DNA of 38,206 nucleotides from Octopus bimaculoides. Taxonomy: Eukaryota. The DNA lies in NCBI RefSeq assembly GCF_001194135.2, contig NC_069002.1, forward strand, positions 27,281,686-27,319,891, given 5' to 3'. The notes under the pieces were generated by a model. That model made no database searches. It was not told the DNA's origin and was given only the letters and a program-made list of their open reading frames with translations. The position numbers and the translations under genes are program-made. Position 1 is the first letter of the stretch; each line of letters begins with the position of its first letter. Of the stretch, positions 1 through 12,294 are shown piece by piece.

Positions 1-348
1 ATATTGTTTTTTTTTGGTGGGGGGAGAAAGAGAATTCTCTTATACAAGCAAGAAAAAGAAAAATAAACCCTACAAAAGGATGAAAGAAATGCCAAAAAAT
101 ATATTTAAACAGGCCCTGCTTTATTATATAATTTATATCCCACAGAGTGGCTTCCAGCTAAATATACAATATATGTACAAAGCTCATTTAATGAGGCTTG
201 ATTAAATGTACATAGAAAATAGATTGAATTATAAACAATACCGAATTATCTTTTTATATTCTGACTTTATTTTCCTAATTTATGAATATTGTACTAATAT
301 TTGATGTTTGTTCATGCAAAACATGGAATTACACAGAATATGGGACTT

Positions 349-564
349 GAATGGCAGCGAGCTGGCAGAAACGTTAGCATGCCGGGCAAAATGCTTAGTG
401 GTATTTCGTCTGTCTTTACGTTCTGAGTTCAAATTCCACCTAGGTCGATTTTGCTTTTCATCCTTTCGGGGTCAATAAATCAAGTACCAGTCGTGTGCTG
501 GGGTCGATCTAATCAACTGACTCCCCCTCCCCAAAAATTTCGGGCCTTGTGCCTAGAGTAGAAA
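349..564 (+). mobile_element. SINE (family A: GAGTTCAAATTCC...AAGTACCAG...GGCCTTGTGCC tail) with target-site duplication
   Basis: 14-bp direct repeat AGAATATGGGACTT at 335-348 and 565-578. Body recurs more than 12 times in the window. Confidence 0.85.
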
Positions 565-1538
565 AGAATATGGGACTTTACAATACAAGTGTAAAGGAAT
601 ATACATTTTCATAGGACTACGAAATTTGAACTCTTTTCTTTAATTTTTCAGTGATGACTGCACCCTCCCCTCTTTTCTTATTTCTTCCATCCTACTTCCT
701 AAAATTGACATCTTTGAAAGGCCAACAGCCCTTGTGAGAAAATGTGTTTATTTACCAATATGTTGATAGGTATACAATGGAAAGAAAACAGGAAGAACAG
801 AGAAAGAAAACTGCTTTGTAATGGAATTNNNNNNNNNNNNNNNNNNNNNNNNNNNNNNNNNNNNNNNNNNNNNNNNNNNNNNNNNNNNNNNNNNNNNNNN
901 NNNNNNNNNNNNNNNNNNNNNNNNNNNNNNNNNNNNNNNNNNNNNNNNNNNNNNNNNNNNNNNNNNNNNNNNNNNNNNNNNNNNNNNNNNNNNNNNNNNN
1001 NNNNNNNNNNNNNNNNNNNNNNNNNNNNNNNNNNNNNNNNNNNNNNNNNNNNNNNNNNNNNNNNNNNNNNNNNNNNNNNNNNNNNNNNNNNNNNNNNNNN
1101 NNNNNNNNNNNNNNNNNNNNNNNNNNNNNNNNNNNNNNNNNNNNNNNNNNNNNNNNNNNNNNNNNNNNNNNNNNNNNNNNNNNNNNNNNNNNNNNNNNNN
1201 NNNNNNNNNNNNNNNNNNNNNNNNNNNNNNNNNNNNNNNNNNNNNNNNNNNNNNNNNNNNNNNNNNNNNNNNNNNNNNNNNNNNNNNNNNNNNNNNNNNN
1301 NNNNNNNNNNNNNNNNNNNNNNNNNNNNNNNNNNNNNNNNNNNNNNNNNNNNNNNNNNNNNNNNNNNNNNNNNNNNNNNNNNNNNNNNNNNNNNNNNNNN
1401 NNNNNNNNNNNNNNNNNNNNNNNNNNNNNNNNNNNNNNNNNNNNNNNNNNNNNNNNNNNNNNNNNNNNNNNNNNNNNNNNNNNNNNNNNNNNNNNNNNNN
1501 NNNNNNNNNNNNNNNNNNNNNNNNNNNNNNNNNNNTAG

Positions 1539-1603
1539 GTGACACTTATTTGGTAGCCATGATAAAACTTCGAGTTTTATCATGGCTACCGAATAAGTGT
1601 CAC
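1539..1603. repeat. 31-bp-arm hairpin, a collapsed derivative of the TIR element at 36506-37025
   Basis: GTGACACTTATTTGGTAGCCATGATAAAACT-TCG-AGTTTTATCATGGCTACCGAATAAGTGTCAC; 30/31 complementary. Confidence 0.85.
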
Positions 1604-1699
1604 ATATTTTTACAGATAAATTCCTCTATTTACATAATATCAAAGTCTCTTTCTTTCTTTTGTTGTCCTTCCTATGAATATATATATATATATATATAT

Positions 1700-1917
1700 G
1701 AGAGGATGCGCAAAAGTTCCTGACTTTGGGTAAAAGAAAATACAGGAGGATCATCAGTTAATTATGATTTTATTCAACATATTCCTCTCTCAGATTCACA
1801 CACTTATTGCAGCGGTCCTTCAGTTTCTGTAAGCCCTGTAAATGAACTCAGAAAGTTGGGCCTCCAACCGAGCCTTTCATGACACCCTTAAAGCCAAGAA
1901 CTTTCCAGCACCCCTTG
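1700..1917. mobile_element. mariner-derived MITE (degenerate TIRs, TA flanks)
   Basis: Left GAGAGGATGCGCAAAAGTTCCTGACTTT versus right AAAGCCAAGAACTTTCCAGCACCCCTTG|TA; lies in a TA microsatellite. Confidence 0.65.
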
Positions 1918-1947
1918 TATGTGTGTGTATATATATATATATATATA

Positions 1948-2150
1948 CAGGGTGTGGCAGAAATACCTCTCACATTTTAAACTTTCACCTATGTGTTGCT
2001 AATGAACTTATGCAAGTGCCAATGATGTTTTCAATGAACAAAAACTGTAACCCTTTGTTTAAACAACAGTAAAATTAATTTTTCATAAATGTTGTTTCTT
2101 TTTCCTTTTGTCAACCTTTCAAATGTGGGAGGTATTTCTGCCACACCCTG
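1948..2150. mobile_element. Tc1/mariner-type MITE, about 203 bp
   Basis: TIRs CAGGGTGTGGCAGAAATACCTCTCACATTT / AAATGTGGGAGGTATTTCTGCCACACCCTG; TA on the left. A solo copy of the TIR occurs near 3930 and 4162. Confidence 0.85.
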
Positions 2151-2179
2151 TTTATGCATGTATATATATATATATATAA

Positions 2180-2256
2180 AAGGATTTACTTTCCGTAATG
2201 AGATAAAAAACCAAGGCTGTGTTGGTTTTTTATCTCATTACGAAAAGTAAATCCTT
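2180..2256. repeat. 35-bp-arm hairpin with 7-nt loop
   Basis: AAGGATTTACTTTCCGTAATGAGATAAAAAACCAA-GGCTGTG-TTGGTTTTTTATCTCATTACGAAAAGTAAATCCTT; 34/35 complementary. Confidence 0.9.
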
Positions 2257-2903
2257 ACATTCACACGCTTGGTATATGACCTACGTTGGACCCCTTATTC
2301 GCATAATCACCGAACCTGGAGCTTAACTGTGGTCTATCCATAGTACTTACTCAGCATTACCTGAAACCTCTGGGTCTAATTGACACCACTATCCCTCATA
2401 ACCTATATGCCGGTGTTAAAACGGGGGTAGCTGATGAAGGAAAATGTTCTCTATGTGGCTTGTGTGTTTTCTGTACTCTGGTTATTATTATTTTCTTGTC
2501 TACGTTTTGTTTGCAATGTCCTGTACCCAGATATGCACCTATATATACAGGTAGACGTAGGTATGCACATACTTGTACGTATATATGCATATACTCATTT
2601 ATTATTTGTTTNNNNNNNNNNNNNNNNNNNNNNNNNNNNNNNNNNNNNNNNNNNNNNNNNNNNNNNNNNNNNNNNNNNNNNNNNNNNNNNNNNNNNNNNN
2701 NNNNNNNNNNNNNNNNNNNNNNNNNNNNNNNNNNNNNNNNNNNNNNNNNNNNNNNNNNNNNNNNNNNNNNNNNNNNNNNNNNNNNNNNNNNNNNNNNNNN
2801 NNNNNNNNNNNNNNNNNNNNNNNNNNNNNNNNNNNNNNNNNNNNNNNNNNNNNNNNNNNNNNNNNNNNNNNNNNNNNNNNNNNNNNNNNNNNNNNNNNNN
2901 NNN

Positions 2904-2942
<39 letters not shown>

Positions 2943-3696
2943 AATAAAAAACAAAGAACAAACACAAACAAAAACAACAACGTGAGGACGTGGTGCATGT
3001 AAAGTATTAGCAGACGCTCAGGGAAGGAAAGAAAGGTGGTTTTACGTTTCAAGCAAAGCTCTTCTTCAGAAACAGAAGAAAGTCCAATAGAAAAGGAAGA
3101 CAGAGGAAAAAGATCTCCTACAATTCACTGCAGTGTTACTTATCACATGACACATAACTCCAGTATAATAATATTATCATTAACATTTATGATTTCATCT
3201 CTTATTAACATTAGTATAACAGAGTTCTTCTGTAAAAAAAAGACATTCATCTAAAGTTCCAGTGGCAAGAATGCAGGTGAAGCATTTACCTCGGTAATGA
3301 AGGAATAACAATTAACAATCAGCAATGGTTAAATGGACAATTATGTCTGGAACAAACTAATCAAAGAACACCATTCTTTTGGTGCAACAGACACGTAAGA
3401 AAATGGTAATTGGGAAGAACAGAACTTAAAAGAGACAATTATTCGGCAGATATCTGCTCCTTTATTATTCCTCTGCATTATTTCAGTTAAATGTTGTATT
3501 GGTGATAATGTCTGGCATGATTCCAAGATACTATTGTATTGTTGGCTTACCTCAATATACAGCAGACAGCAAATTCTTAAACTTTTAGCAACTTTTCAAA
3601 AAGTTAGGGTGACCTTACATAGAAATAAAACATCAATTATTGAATGGAATTAAAAACATGGTGCACAACGTTTTACTTTATTTATTCAAAGGCACC

Positions 3697-3860
3697 GGCA
3701 TGGCTGTATGGTTAAGAAGTTCTCTCTTGAATCAGATGGTTACAAGTTCAATCCCATTGCACATCACTTTCATCAAACATCTTCTACTATACTCTCAGGT
3801 GGACCAAAACTTTGTGAATGGATTTGGTAGACAGAAATTGAGAGAAATCTGCTGCATATT
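3697..3860 (+). mobile_element. tRNA-derived SINE (family B), 5' part
   Basis: TGGTTAAGAAG...AGTTCAATCCC head, then GGATTTGGTAGACAGAAA motif shared with many other copies. Confidence 0.75.
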
Positions 3861-4341
3861 GTGTGTGTGTGTGTGTCTGTGTGTCTGTGTATGTCTGTAT
3901 GTGTATGTGTGTGTGAGATATATATACACAGGGTGCGGCAGAAATACCTCCTACATTTGTCTGTACATGTGTGTGTTTGTGTGTATGTGTGTGTGTATGT
4001 GTCTGTGTGTGTCTGCATATGTGAATGTGTATGTGTTGTGTGTATGTGTGTATATGTGTGTGTGTGTGTCTGTGTGTGTGTGTGTGTGAATGCATGTAAG
4101 TGTGTAGTNNNNNNNNNNNNNNNNNNNNNNNNNNNNNNATGTGTGTGTGAGATATATATACACAGGGTGCGGCAGAAATACCTCCTACATTTGTCTGTAC
4201 ATGTGTGTGTTTGTGTGTATGTGTGTGTGTATGTGTCTGTGTGTGTCTGCATATGTGAATGTGTATGTGTTGTGTGTATGTGTGTATATGTGTGTGTGTG
4301 TGTCTGTGTGTGTGTGTGTGTGAATGCATGTAAGTGTGTAG
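3861..4341. repeat. Compound (TG)n microsatellite, duplicated across a small gap
   Basis: Visible TG/TATG repeats; about 200 bp are identical on both sides of the Ns at 4109-4138. Confidence 0.9.
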
Positions 4342-4346
4342 TGAAG

Positions 4347-4665
4347 GTATGTGGCTTAGTGATTAGCATATTTGGCTCACAATCATAAGGTTGTGAGTTC
4401 GATTCCTAGTGTCACATTGTATCCTTGGGCAGGACACTTTATTTCACGTTGCTCCAATCCACTCCACTGGCAAAAATGAGTTGTACCCGTAATTCAAAAG
4501 GACTGGCCTTGTCTCATTCTGTATCACACTGCATCTTCCTGAGAACTATATTAAGGGTACATGTGTCTGTGAAGTACTCAGCCATTTCTATGTTAATTTC
4601 ATGAGTAGGGTGTTCTGTTGATTGGATCAGCTGGAACCATTGTTGCCGTAATTGATGGAATGCTA
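4347..4665 (+). mobile_element. tRNA-derived SINE (second family)
   Basis: A-box-like TGGCTTAGTGATTAG and B-box GAGTTCGATTCC, then TTGTATCCTTGGGCAGGACACTTTATTTCACGTTGCTCC central domain. Confidence 0.75.
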
Positions 4666-5229
4666 GTTAAGAGTGTGTAGGAAATTCCATGTTTGCTTAC
4701 ATTTGCTTTTTTCCAACCAACTTATGCAAGCAACAAGCAGTGACGTAGTGGTGTTCATCAATTTTCTTGGCTTTGTGCCTTTGAAGACATAAAAAATAAG
4801 AAATCCCTGGCTTGAAAAACAGATAAGGTTTAGTGACAGGAAAGGCATCCAGCTACAAAACAATGCCTCTGTGATATGTAATCATCTAACCCATGCTAGT
4901 ATGGGAAAATAGACATAAAAATAAACAAATGAGTGGAATATACAGGTGCAAGTACAGCTATGTGATTAGAAAGTTTGCAAACCATATGATTCCAGGTTCA
5001 ATTTCATTGAGTGTTACCTTACACAGGTGTTTTTTTACTATAGCTCCAAGCAAATCAAAACCTGGAGCTACAGCAAAAGTGGATTTGGTAAGATATTAAC
5101 TGAGAGAAATCGGCAAATTTTCTACAGTTGGATGCTTTTCCTGTTACCAACCCTCGCCTGTTTCCAAATAAGGTAATATCTCTCCATGGCCAGACATGTT
5201 TCCACGAAAGATTGGAAACAAAGGACACT

Positions 5230-5677
5230 GCCTGTGTAACAGGGACACTCATTTACAACAGAACATACTACCTTCGTTTCTCTCCAGTCTACGCATGTCT
5301 TCTGCATTCAGAGCCCATGTCTCACTACCATGGAGTATAGCCATTCATACACAAGCATCATATAGTCTATTTTTCACTNNNNNNNNNNTCTCCACCCAAT
5401 TCTTATTCTAGAAACAATACTTTCATAACATCAACCACCATTGCTAATTTGGTAACAGAAACACTGTCACTTCAAGAGAGCCTCCTGGGCATTTGAGAGA
5501 ATCTAATTCTTAAGTGCTCTTAATGCTTATTGTTCCTGCACATCTGCAATATACAAAGACGACTTTATCTGTTATGGAATTTCTTCAAACTCCTTTCTTT
5601 CATATCGAGCAGGGCCATTTACCAGACACAAAGAGAGTTTTATCTTCTTTCTTACTAACAACTTTGGTCTTTACTTT
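5230..5677 (-). mobile_element. RTE-clade LINE fragment (post-RT region), degenerate
   Basis: Minus translation with stops and frameshifts gives SGKWPCSI..KGV.RNS, ...RIRIGW..., RLYDACV..AILHGSETWALNAEDMRRLERNE, typical of RTE ORFs. Confidence 0.8.
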
Positions 5678-8109
5678 ATTCTTTGTAAGCCTAGTACTTA
5701 TTCTGTTGGTCTCTTTTGCTGAACCACTAAGTTACGGGGACGTAAACACACCAGCATTGGTTGTCAAGCGATGTTGGGGGGACAAACANNNNNNNNNNNN
5801 NNNNNNNNNNNNNNNNNNNNNNNNNNNNNNNNNNNNNNNNNNNNNNNNNNNNNNNNNNNNNNNNNNNNNNNNNNNNNNNNNNNNNNNNNNNNNNNNNNNN
5901 NNNNNNNNNNNNNNNNNNNNNNNNNNNNNNNNNNNNNNNNNNNNNNNNNNNNNNNNNNNNNNNNNNNNNNNNNNNNNNNNNNNNNNNNNNNNNNNNNNNN
6001 NNNNNNNNNNNNNNNNNNNNNNNNNNNNNNNNNNNNNNNNNNNNNNNNNNNNNNNNNNNNNNNNNNNNNNNNNNNNNNNNNNNNNNNNNNNNNNNNNNNN
6101 NNNNNNNNNNNNNNNNNNNNNNNNNNNNNNNNNCATATACAGGGCAGGGAATCGTCAATTAGTAATAAAATTAATAATTAACAATTATGCCGGGTAGCTC
6201 AGTATGAAAAAACCTTTTCGGTAAAGCCATTTATAATCATAAATATATAGGGATTAGCAGAAAACCTGCTTCTCCAACATACTGAGAATTCAGAAACAGC
6301 AGCCAAAGAACTACTGATTCTAAAACTACAAATTTTTCTCTAATTGATAGCGATATTCATGGTACACACAGAACTAAAGACAGAAGAGAAGAGTAAAAAA
6401 AAAACAACCTGCCTTTAATTAATTTGGTACGAATCGTTTCACGATTAGTGGTAAGAAATGACCTCATTTCGATCTTCAGCCAAATATTTTAATAAATTTG
6501 TCAATGTCTAAATAACTCAAGTAAATTTTGACCATGCGACATCAAGACCACGTGAGGCAGGTTGAGCGATTGAACCTTCACCCATATTATTGTAAGCCTG
6601 ACACTCTAACCACTAGGTTAGGTGCCTTCCCTAATGGAAGTGAGTTATTGGAGAATAAAGATTTAAAATACAATATTTGGATAGTCAACCAGATTAAACG
6701 GGTAATTAATAGATAATGATTAAACAACAAGGCTTTTTTTTTTTTCAATGAAAGTAGTTTTATTAATGAAAATAATTATGGTTTGAAACAGAGAGAGGGG
6801 AGGAGAGAGAGAGAGAGANNNNNNNNNNNNNNNNNNNNNNNNNNNNNNNNNNNNNNNNNNNNNNNNNNNNNNNNNNNNNNNNNNNNNNNNNNNNNNNNNN
6901 NNNNNNNNNNNNNNNNNNNNNNNNNNNNNNNNNNNNNNNNNNNNNNNNNNNNNNNNNNNNNNNNNNNNNNNNNNNNNNNNNNNNNNNNNNNNNNNNNNNN
7001 NNNNNNNNNNNNNNNNNNNNNNNNNNNNNNNNNNNNNNNNNNNNNNNNNNNNNNNNNNNNNNNNNNNNNNNNNNNNNNNNNNNNNNNNNNNNNNNNNNNN
7101 NNNNNNNNNNNNNNNNNNNNNNNNNNNNNNNNNNNNNNNNNNNNNNNNNNNNNNNNNNNNNNNNNNNNNNNNNNNNNNNNNNNNNNNNNNNNNNNNNNNN
7201 NNNNNNNNNNNNNNNNNNNNNNNNNNNNNNNNNNNNNNNNNNNNNNNNNNNNNNNNNNNNNNNNNNNNNNNNNNNNNNNNNNNNNNNNNNNNNNNNNNNN
7301 NNNNNNNNNNNNNNNNNNNNNNNNNNNNNNNNNNNNNNNNNNNNNNNNNNNNNNNNNNNNNNNNNNNNNNNNNNNNNNNNNNNNNNNNNNNNNNNNNNNN
7401 NNNNNNNNNNNNNNNNNNNNNNNNNNNNNNNNNNNNNNNNNNNNNNNNNNNNNNNNNNNNNNNNNNNNNNNNNNNNNNNNNNNNNNNNNNNNNNNNNNNN
7501 NNNNNNNNNNNNNNNNNNNNNNNNNNNNNNNNNNNNNNNNNNNNNNNNNNNNNNNNNNNNNNNNNNNNNNNNNNNNNNNNNNNNNNNNNNNNNNNNNNNN
7601 NNNNNNNNNNNNNNNNNNNNNNNNNNNNNNNNNNNNNNNNNNNNNNNNNNNNNNNNNNNNNNNNNNNNNNNNNNNNNNNNNNNNNNNNNNNNNNNNNNNN
7701 NNNNNNNNNNNNNNNNNNNNNNNNNNNAATAGAAAGCACGTGGCATTTTATCTAATACTCTAAAGATTCTGCAGCCAATCCGTTGTCCTTAACTTCTGAA
7801 TATCCATAACAGCACACCCCCACCCCACATCAAAAAAAAAAAAAAAAAGGTAATGTGGATGAAATAGAGAAATGTTTGTCCTATAATGTAGAATCTATTG
7901 CTACATCAGAACTGATGATATTTAGCAGACCAAGGAATCAGGATTGGCAGAGAATTAATAACAGAGGCTCTATATGAATTGCTTAACCATTTTGTTACCA
8001 TATTTCTGTTGAAATATACCCTCTTTATTTCAATTAATCTTGAAAATAAATAAAGAATTTTTGAAAATAATGAAGAACTTAGTCATTATTAAGCTGGTGT
8101 TTAGAATAT

Positions 8110-8283
8110 AAATTAAAATGAAAATTTGGCACAAAGCCACCAAGTTCAAGGGGACGGGCTTAAGTCAATTACATTGACCCCAGTATTCAACTGGTACTTA
8201 TTAGACCCTGAAAGAATTAAAAGCAATGTTGACCTCGGCAGAATTTGAACTCAGAATGTACAGACAGATGAAACAGCTCGCTA
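8110..8283 (-). mobile_element. SINE family A
   Basis: Reverse complement of the family A body (GGCACAAAGCC...CTGGTACTT...GAATTTGAACTCAGAA). Confidence 0.75.
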
Positions 8284-8383
8284 GAAGTAGTAGATAGTTT
8301 CTGTTACCAAGGTGACCCAAGAGGTATCAAGAAGTATTCTAAAGAGGATTTGCTTCTTCTTTGAAATCCCCCAAAACCTTTAA

Positions 8384-8593
8384 CCCTCTAGCATTCAGAT
8401 TACTCTGACAAATGTAATGTTTATTTATTCAAATTGCTTTTAATTAATGACTCATTATCTGGTAGCTTTGAGATTTTGATGATGTAATTGTTTATTTTTA
8501 GAATGGCATTGCTGCATAGGTGTGAGAGGCCAGATCTGGTCAGTTTGAACATAAAACACAGAGCCAGATATGACCAGTTTAAATCCTGAAGGG
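8384..8593. mobile_element. piggyBac-like MITE (CCCTTTAGCATT family)
   Basis: TTAA|CCCTCTAGCATTCAGATTACTCTG...AAATCCTGAAGGG|TTCA; paralogues at about 24715-24862, 26427-26850 and 34630-35058. Confidence 0.7.
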
Positions 8594-10002
8594 TTCAGCA
8601 TTTTCTAAAGATTTCTTTTTTATGTTTTTCCCAAACAGTTTCTGTGAAACTTGTTCAAGAATCTCAGTAGTGTTTCTCTGTCCCTTCCAATGAATGCAAG
8701 TCTGTTAGAGAGACAAGTAATGGAAAGATGATTGCTAAGCTAACCAAGAAACATTTAATTTCCACATAAAATATATTTCTAAAATTAAAAAGGCAAAAAA
8801 TGATATTTAAAAACAATTAAAATCTAAGATAACCCCAGTTCTAGAAATCTAAGATATATCAAAAATATCTATGTCTTTGATGTAAGCACCAACTTTAAGA
8901 ATACAACAGAGTTCTTTCTTTTTAATAATGGTTTTTTTAGGGTAAGTAAAGGAAGAAAATTAAGTAACAATTAGATTGTAAATAGTTCAATAATTCTGCA
9001 GAGTAATTCTTTTAGTGATTCCAGTTTAACTAAGTAAACTTCGTTTTCACTTTTATCATCAATGTCTGATTCAAATATGCAACAATATTAACCATTTGAC
9101 GATTTCTTAAGAATCATCGAAATAAAAACTTTTGATTTATTTTAAAGAAGCAACATTAACACATAAACAAAATTAAATTTCAAAAAATATTTAAAACATT
9201 AAATTCAAATTATTCATTGAAGCAGAACTAGATTAAAATCATTATCTAATTGACATACTTAATATATGTTACATCATTGAAAAGTCAGAGGTTGCAGTGA
9301 ATGTCTGAGGAAAGATTTATTTATAAATGTGGGGTGTCTAGTCTTCAGAGTTTTATTTCAGCAAGCTCTGAAGTATAATTGTGCATTTTAACACACTTCT
9401 TCTATAAAAGGATCTTTTCTGAGATACTCTCTGCAGCTTCTGATATTTCAAAAATACACGTGTTAAAGTACATCATAAAGATGAAGATTATAAAACATTA
9501 AATAAAATGGAAGTGAGAGACATTCACCAAGAGTTTAGTTCCATTTGTTAAGAATTCTATCACCAGTGATTAATAAAACTTATAGCTTGGATTCTTAGGG
9601 GAAATACAAAATAAAAAAATAGGGAGATAATTTGTATTTTCATTTTAAAATATATTTTTGGCTTCTAAAAAATGTTTCTCATGAAGAAAAAAATGACAAT
9701 AGTGATGGTTGATATGTATTTAGTAGAGAGTAGGTGCACTGTGGCTAAGTGGTTAAGAAGTTTAATTCACAACCATGAGATTCTGGGCTCAATCCAAGTG
9801 CATGGCATCTTGGGCAAATATTATCTGTAATCTTGGGTGAACCCATAATTTGTGAATAAAACTGGGTAAAGGGAAACTGTACAGAAACCTGTTAATGGAC
9901 TGTACCTGTAATTCATTCTGGGACAGTTTTATCACATATTGTGTCTGGTTGATTCTATTTGAGAATTATGTTAAGAGTACACATGTCTATGGAATACTCA
10001 GT

Positions 10003-10052
<50 letters not shown>

Positions 10053-10598
10053 ATGTTAATTCAAGGACAGGTAACTTCAGTAGATCAAACAACTGTATCT
10101 TCATTCTCAAAAGAACAAAGAACCACCACATAAAATTGTAACATAGAAAACCCTTCCAACCAAAGCATGTCTAGGTAGGCAAGGTAGACGGTGCCTAGTT
10201 AGTCTAAAAGCATGAATATTCATTATTAAAGTAAATCATTTCATATTATAAAAGTAAACCATTTCATATTATAAAAAATGCTTATTTATTTATTTTACAA
10301 ATTTATATCTATAATTCAGTAAATAACTAATATTTTGATGGAAGAAGTCAGGTACAATTTTCCTGTACCATCAACCTCAGTATTTACATATATTGGTTTC
10401 AAATTTTGGCACAAGGCCAGCAAGTTCGGGGGAGGGGATAAGTTGATTAGATCAACCCCCAATAACCAGCAGGTACTTATTTTATTGACCCCAAAAGGAT
10501 GAGGAGCAAAGTCAACCTTGGTAGAATAATATTTATGTATATTAACACATGGAAATGTTGAAACCATGTGCTGTGGGTGAAATTCCAAAATGCATTAA

Positions 10599-10808
10599 CC
10601 CTTTCGTTACTGTATTTATTCTGTTTCTTTCAATTAATTTTAAATATAACAAAAAATTTAGTAAAATAACTTGGTTATCATTAAGCTAATGTTAGGAACA
10701 TAAATTGTGACTAAGGTTTGGTGGAAAATTTTAATTCAAAACTTATGAAAACAAGACATTTGTACTACAGAGCCAGAGCTGGTTTCAGCCAGGTTGGTAA
10801 CGAAAGGG
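10599..10808. mobile_element. piggyBac-like MITE (CCCTTTCGTTAC family)
   Basis: TTAA|CCCTTTCGTTAC...GTAACGAAAGGG|TTAA. Confidence 0.8.
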
Positions 10809-10962
10809 TTAAATNNNNNNNNNNNNNNNNNNNNNNNNNNNNNNNNNNNNNNNNNNNNNNNNNNNNNNNNNNNNNAAGACATTTGTACTACAGAACCAGA
10901 GGCAGTTGCAGCCGAGTTGGTATCAAAAGGGTTAAGAATTGTTTCTCTATTATATATTTTAA

Positions 10963-11184
10963 CCCTTTTGTTACCATATTTCTGTTGAGATGCTCTGTGT
11001 TTCTTTCAATTAATTTTAAATATAACAAAAAATTTAGTAAAATAACTTGGTTATCATTAAGCTAATGTTAGGAACATAAATTGTGACTAAGGTTTGGTGG
11101 AAAATTTTAATTCAAAACTTATGAAAACAAGACATTTGTACTACAGAGCCAGAGCTGGTTTCAGCCAGGTTGGTAACGAAAGGG
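10963..11184. mobile_element. piggyBac-like MITE (CCCTTTCGTTAC family), second copy
   Basis: TTAA|CCCTTTTGTTACC...GGTAACGAAAGGG|TTAA. Near identical to 10599-10808 across a gap, so possibly an assembly duplicate. Confidence 0.7.
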
Positions 11185-12101
11185 TTAAATAGCTTTTTAT
11201 TCAGTGTTGTGATGATTGTAAGAGCATTACAAATACCATTGTGTAACTTGGCTTTACTTTAATGACTGCATTAACTTTCTTTCAAACATATACATTTGGT
11301 ATCAGTTTTTAAATAGTAATAAATTTAGCTGTGTATATTTTCTGCACTGTATATACATATATAACAGTTTATATTTAAACTATATGTATACATAGTTACA
11401 ACCGACCTATTTTATTATTCCTATAGAAGCGTATACACTGTTTGAGAGTGTATGTGCCTTTGTTAAAATACTTTAACATATTTCCTCATAAGGTGTTTCT
11501 TTGACTATTTACATTATCAGTGCCTACTGCCTACCCTAAGTATCTACTCACAACACATACCTTCCCCAACCAGGCATACATCGTTAATGATTCCAGTTTG
11601 AAGATAAGGAAAATTTAGAAATATATTGAAATTCAACAGCAGAGATAGAAAAATGCTTCGTCTGAGAGATATAACTTTCAAATTAATGTTACATGGTCTT
11701 TATTTAGACAGAGAGCTCGGGTACAACAGGAAGTTATTATATATAATTTTATAGGGAGATTGCGGCATGGTTGTGATATATTGTACCCGGTGTGTGTGTC
11801 ACTGTTGTGTGTCACTGTTGTGTGCCAGAGCTGTATACGTGCAAGTGTTTTATGCCAGTGCTTGGGTCTCTGCCAATAAATATATAAGTAAACAGACAGC
11901 TGGGTACTTGTAAGGAACAATCTGTTCCAATCTATAGACCAATTCTGGGAATGTTGAAGACCTAAGTCAGCTAGCAGGTGACATTATGCTGGAATAAGGG
12001 AGTAGATAGGGCCACAAGAAGTACATTAAAGGGAGCAGTAAGGGACAATAGTAAGAAACAAGTCAGAGACATCTGGCTCCCTTTAACAAAGTAAAAAAAA
12101 A

Positions 12102-12294
12102 TCTATTAAAGAGGATTTGTTAACATTTTGTGCCATGGAGAGAAGCATAAAGTATTTAAGAGCACCGTGATATAAGGATTGGAGAGAAAAGGGGCTGGGG
12201 AGAGAGGTTAAAAATATCAGCCAATGTGAGGTTCTCTTAAATACTTTATGCTTCTCTCCATAGCACAAAATGTTAACAAATCCTCTTTAATAGA
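12102..12294. repeat. Long inverted repeat: 61-bp arms, 71-bp spacer
   Basis: 12102-12162 versus reverse complement of 12234-12294: 60/61 identical. Confidence 0.92.

Noticed and set aside
2425-2460. Second hammerhead candidate (CTGATGAAGGAAAATG)
   Set aside because: No stem II between CTGATGA and GAAA, and no stem I partner found.
3000-3600. Possible exons in unique-looking sequence
   Set aside because: Several AG/GT pairs were tested; all gave stops or unrecognisable peptides.
3905-4341. Apparent 200-bp tandem duplication
   Set aside because: Identical sequence on both sides of a short gap, typical of unmerged contig overlap. The same pattern occurs at 10640-11188 and 22700-23360.
699-7763. 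Long ORFs in the provided track spanning N runs (also 16270-17571 and 30592-30952)
   Set aside because: Artefacts of gaps translated as X. Only the VYWLFG... part of 16270-17571 is a real exon.
8625-8790. Alternative MFSD10 terminal exon (NIFYVEIKCFLVSLAIIFPLL...)
   Set aside because: Phase incompatible with the preceding donor and no motif match; the true last exon is at 17465.
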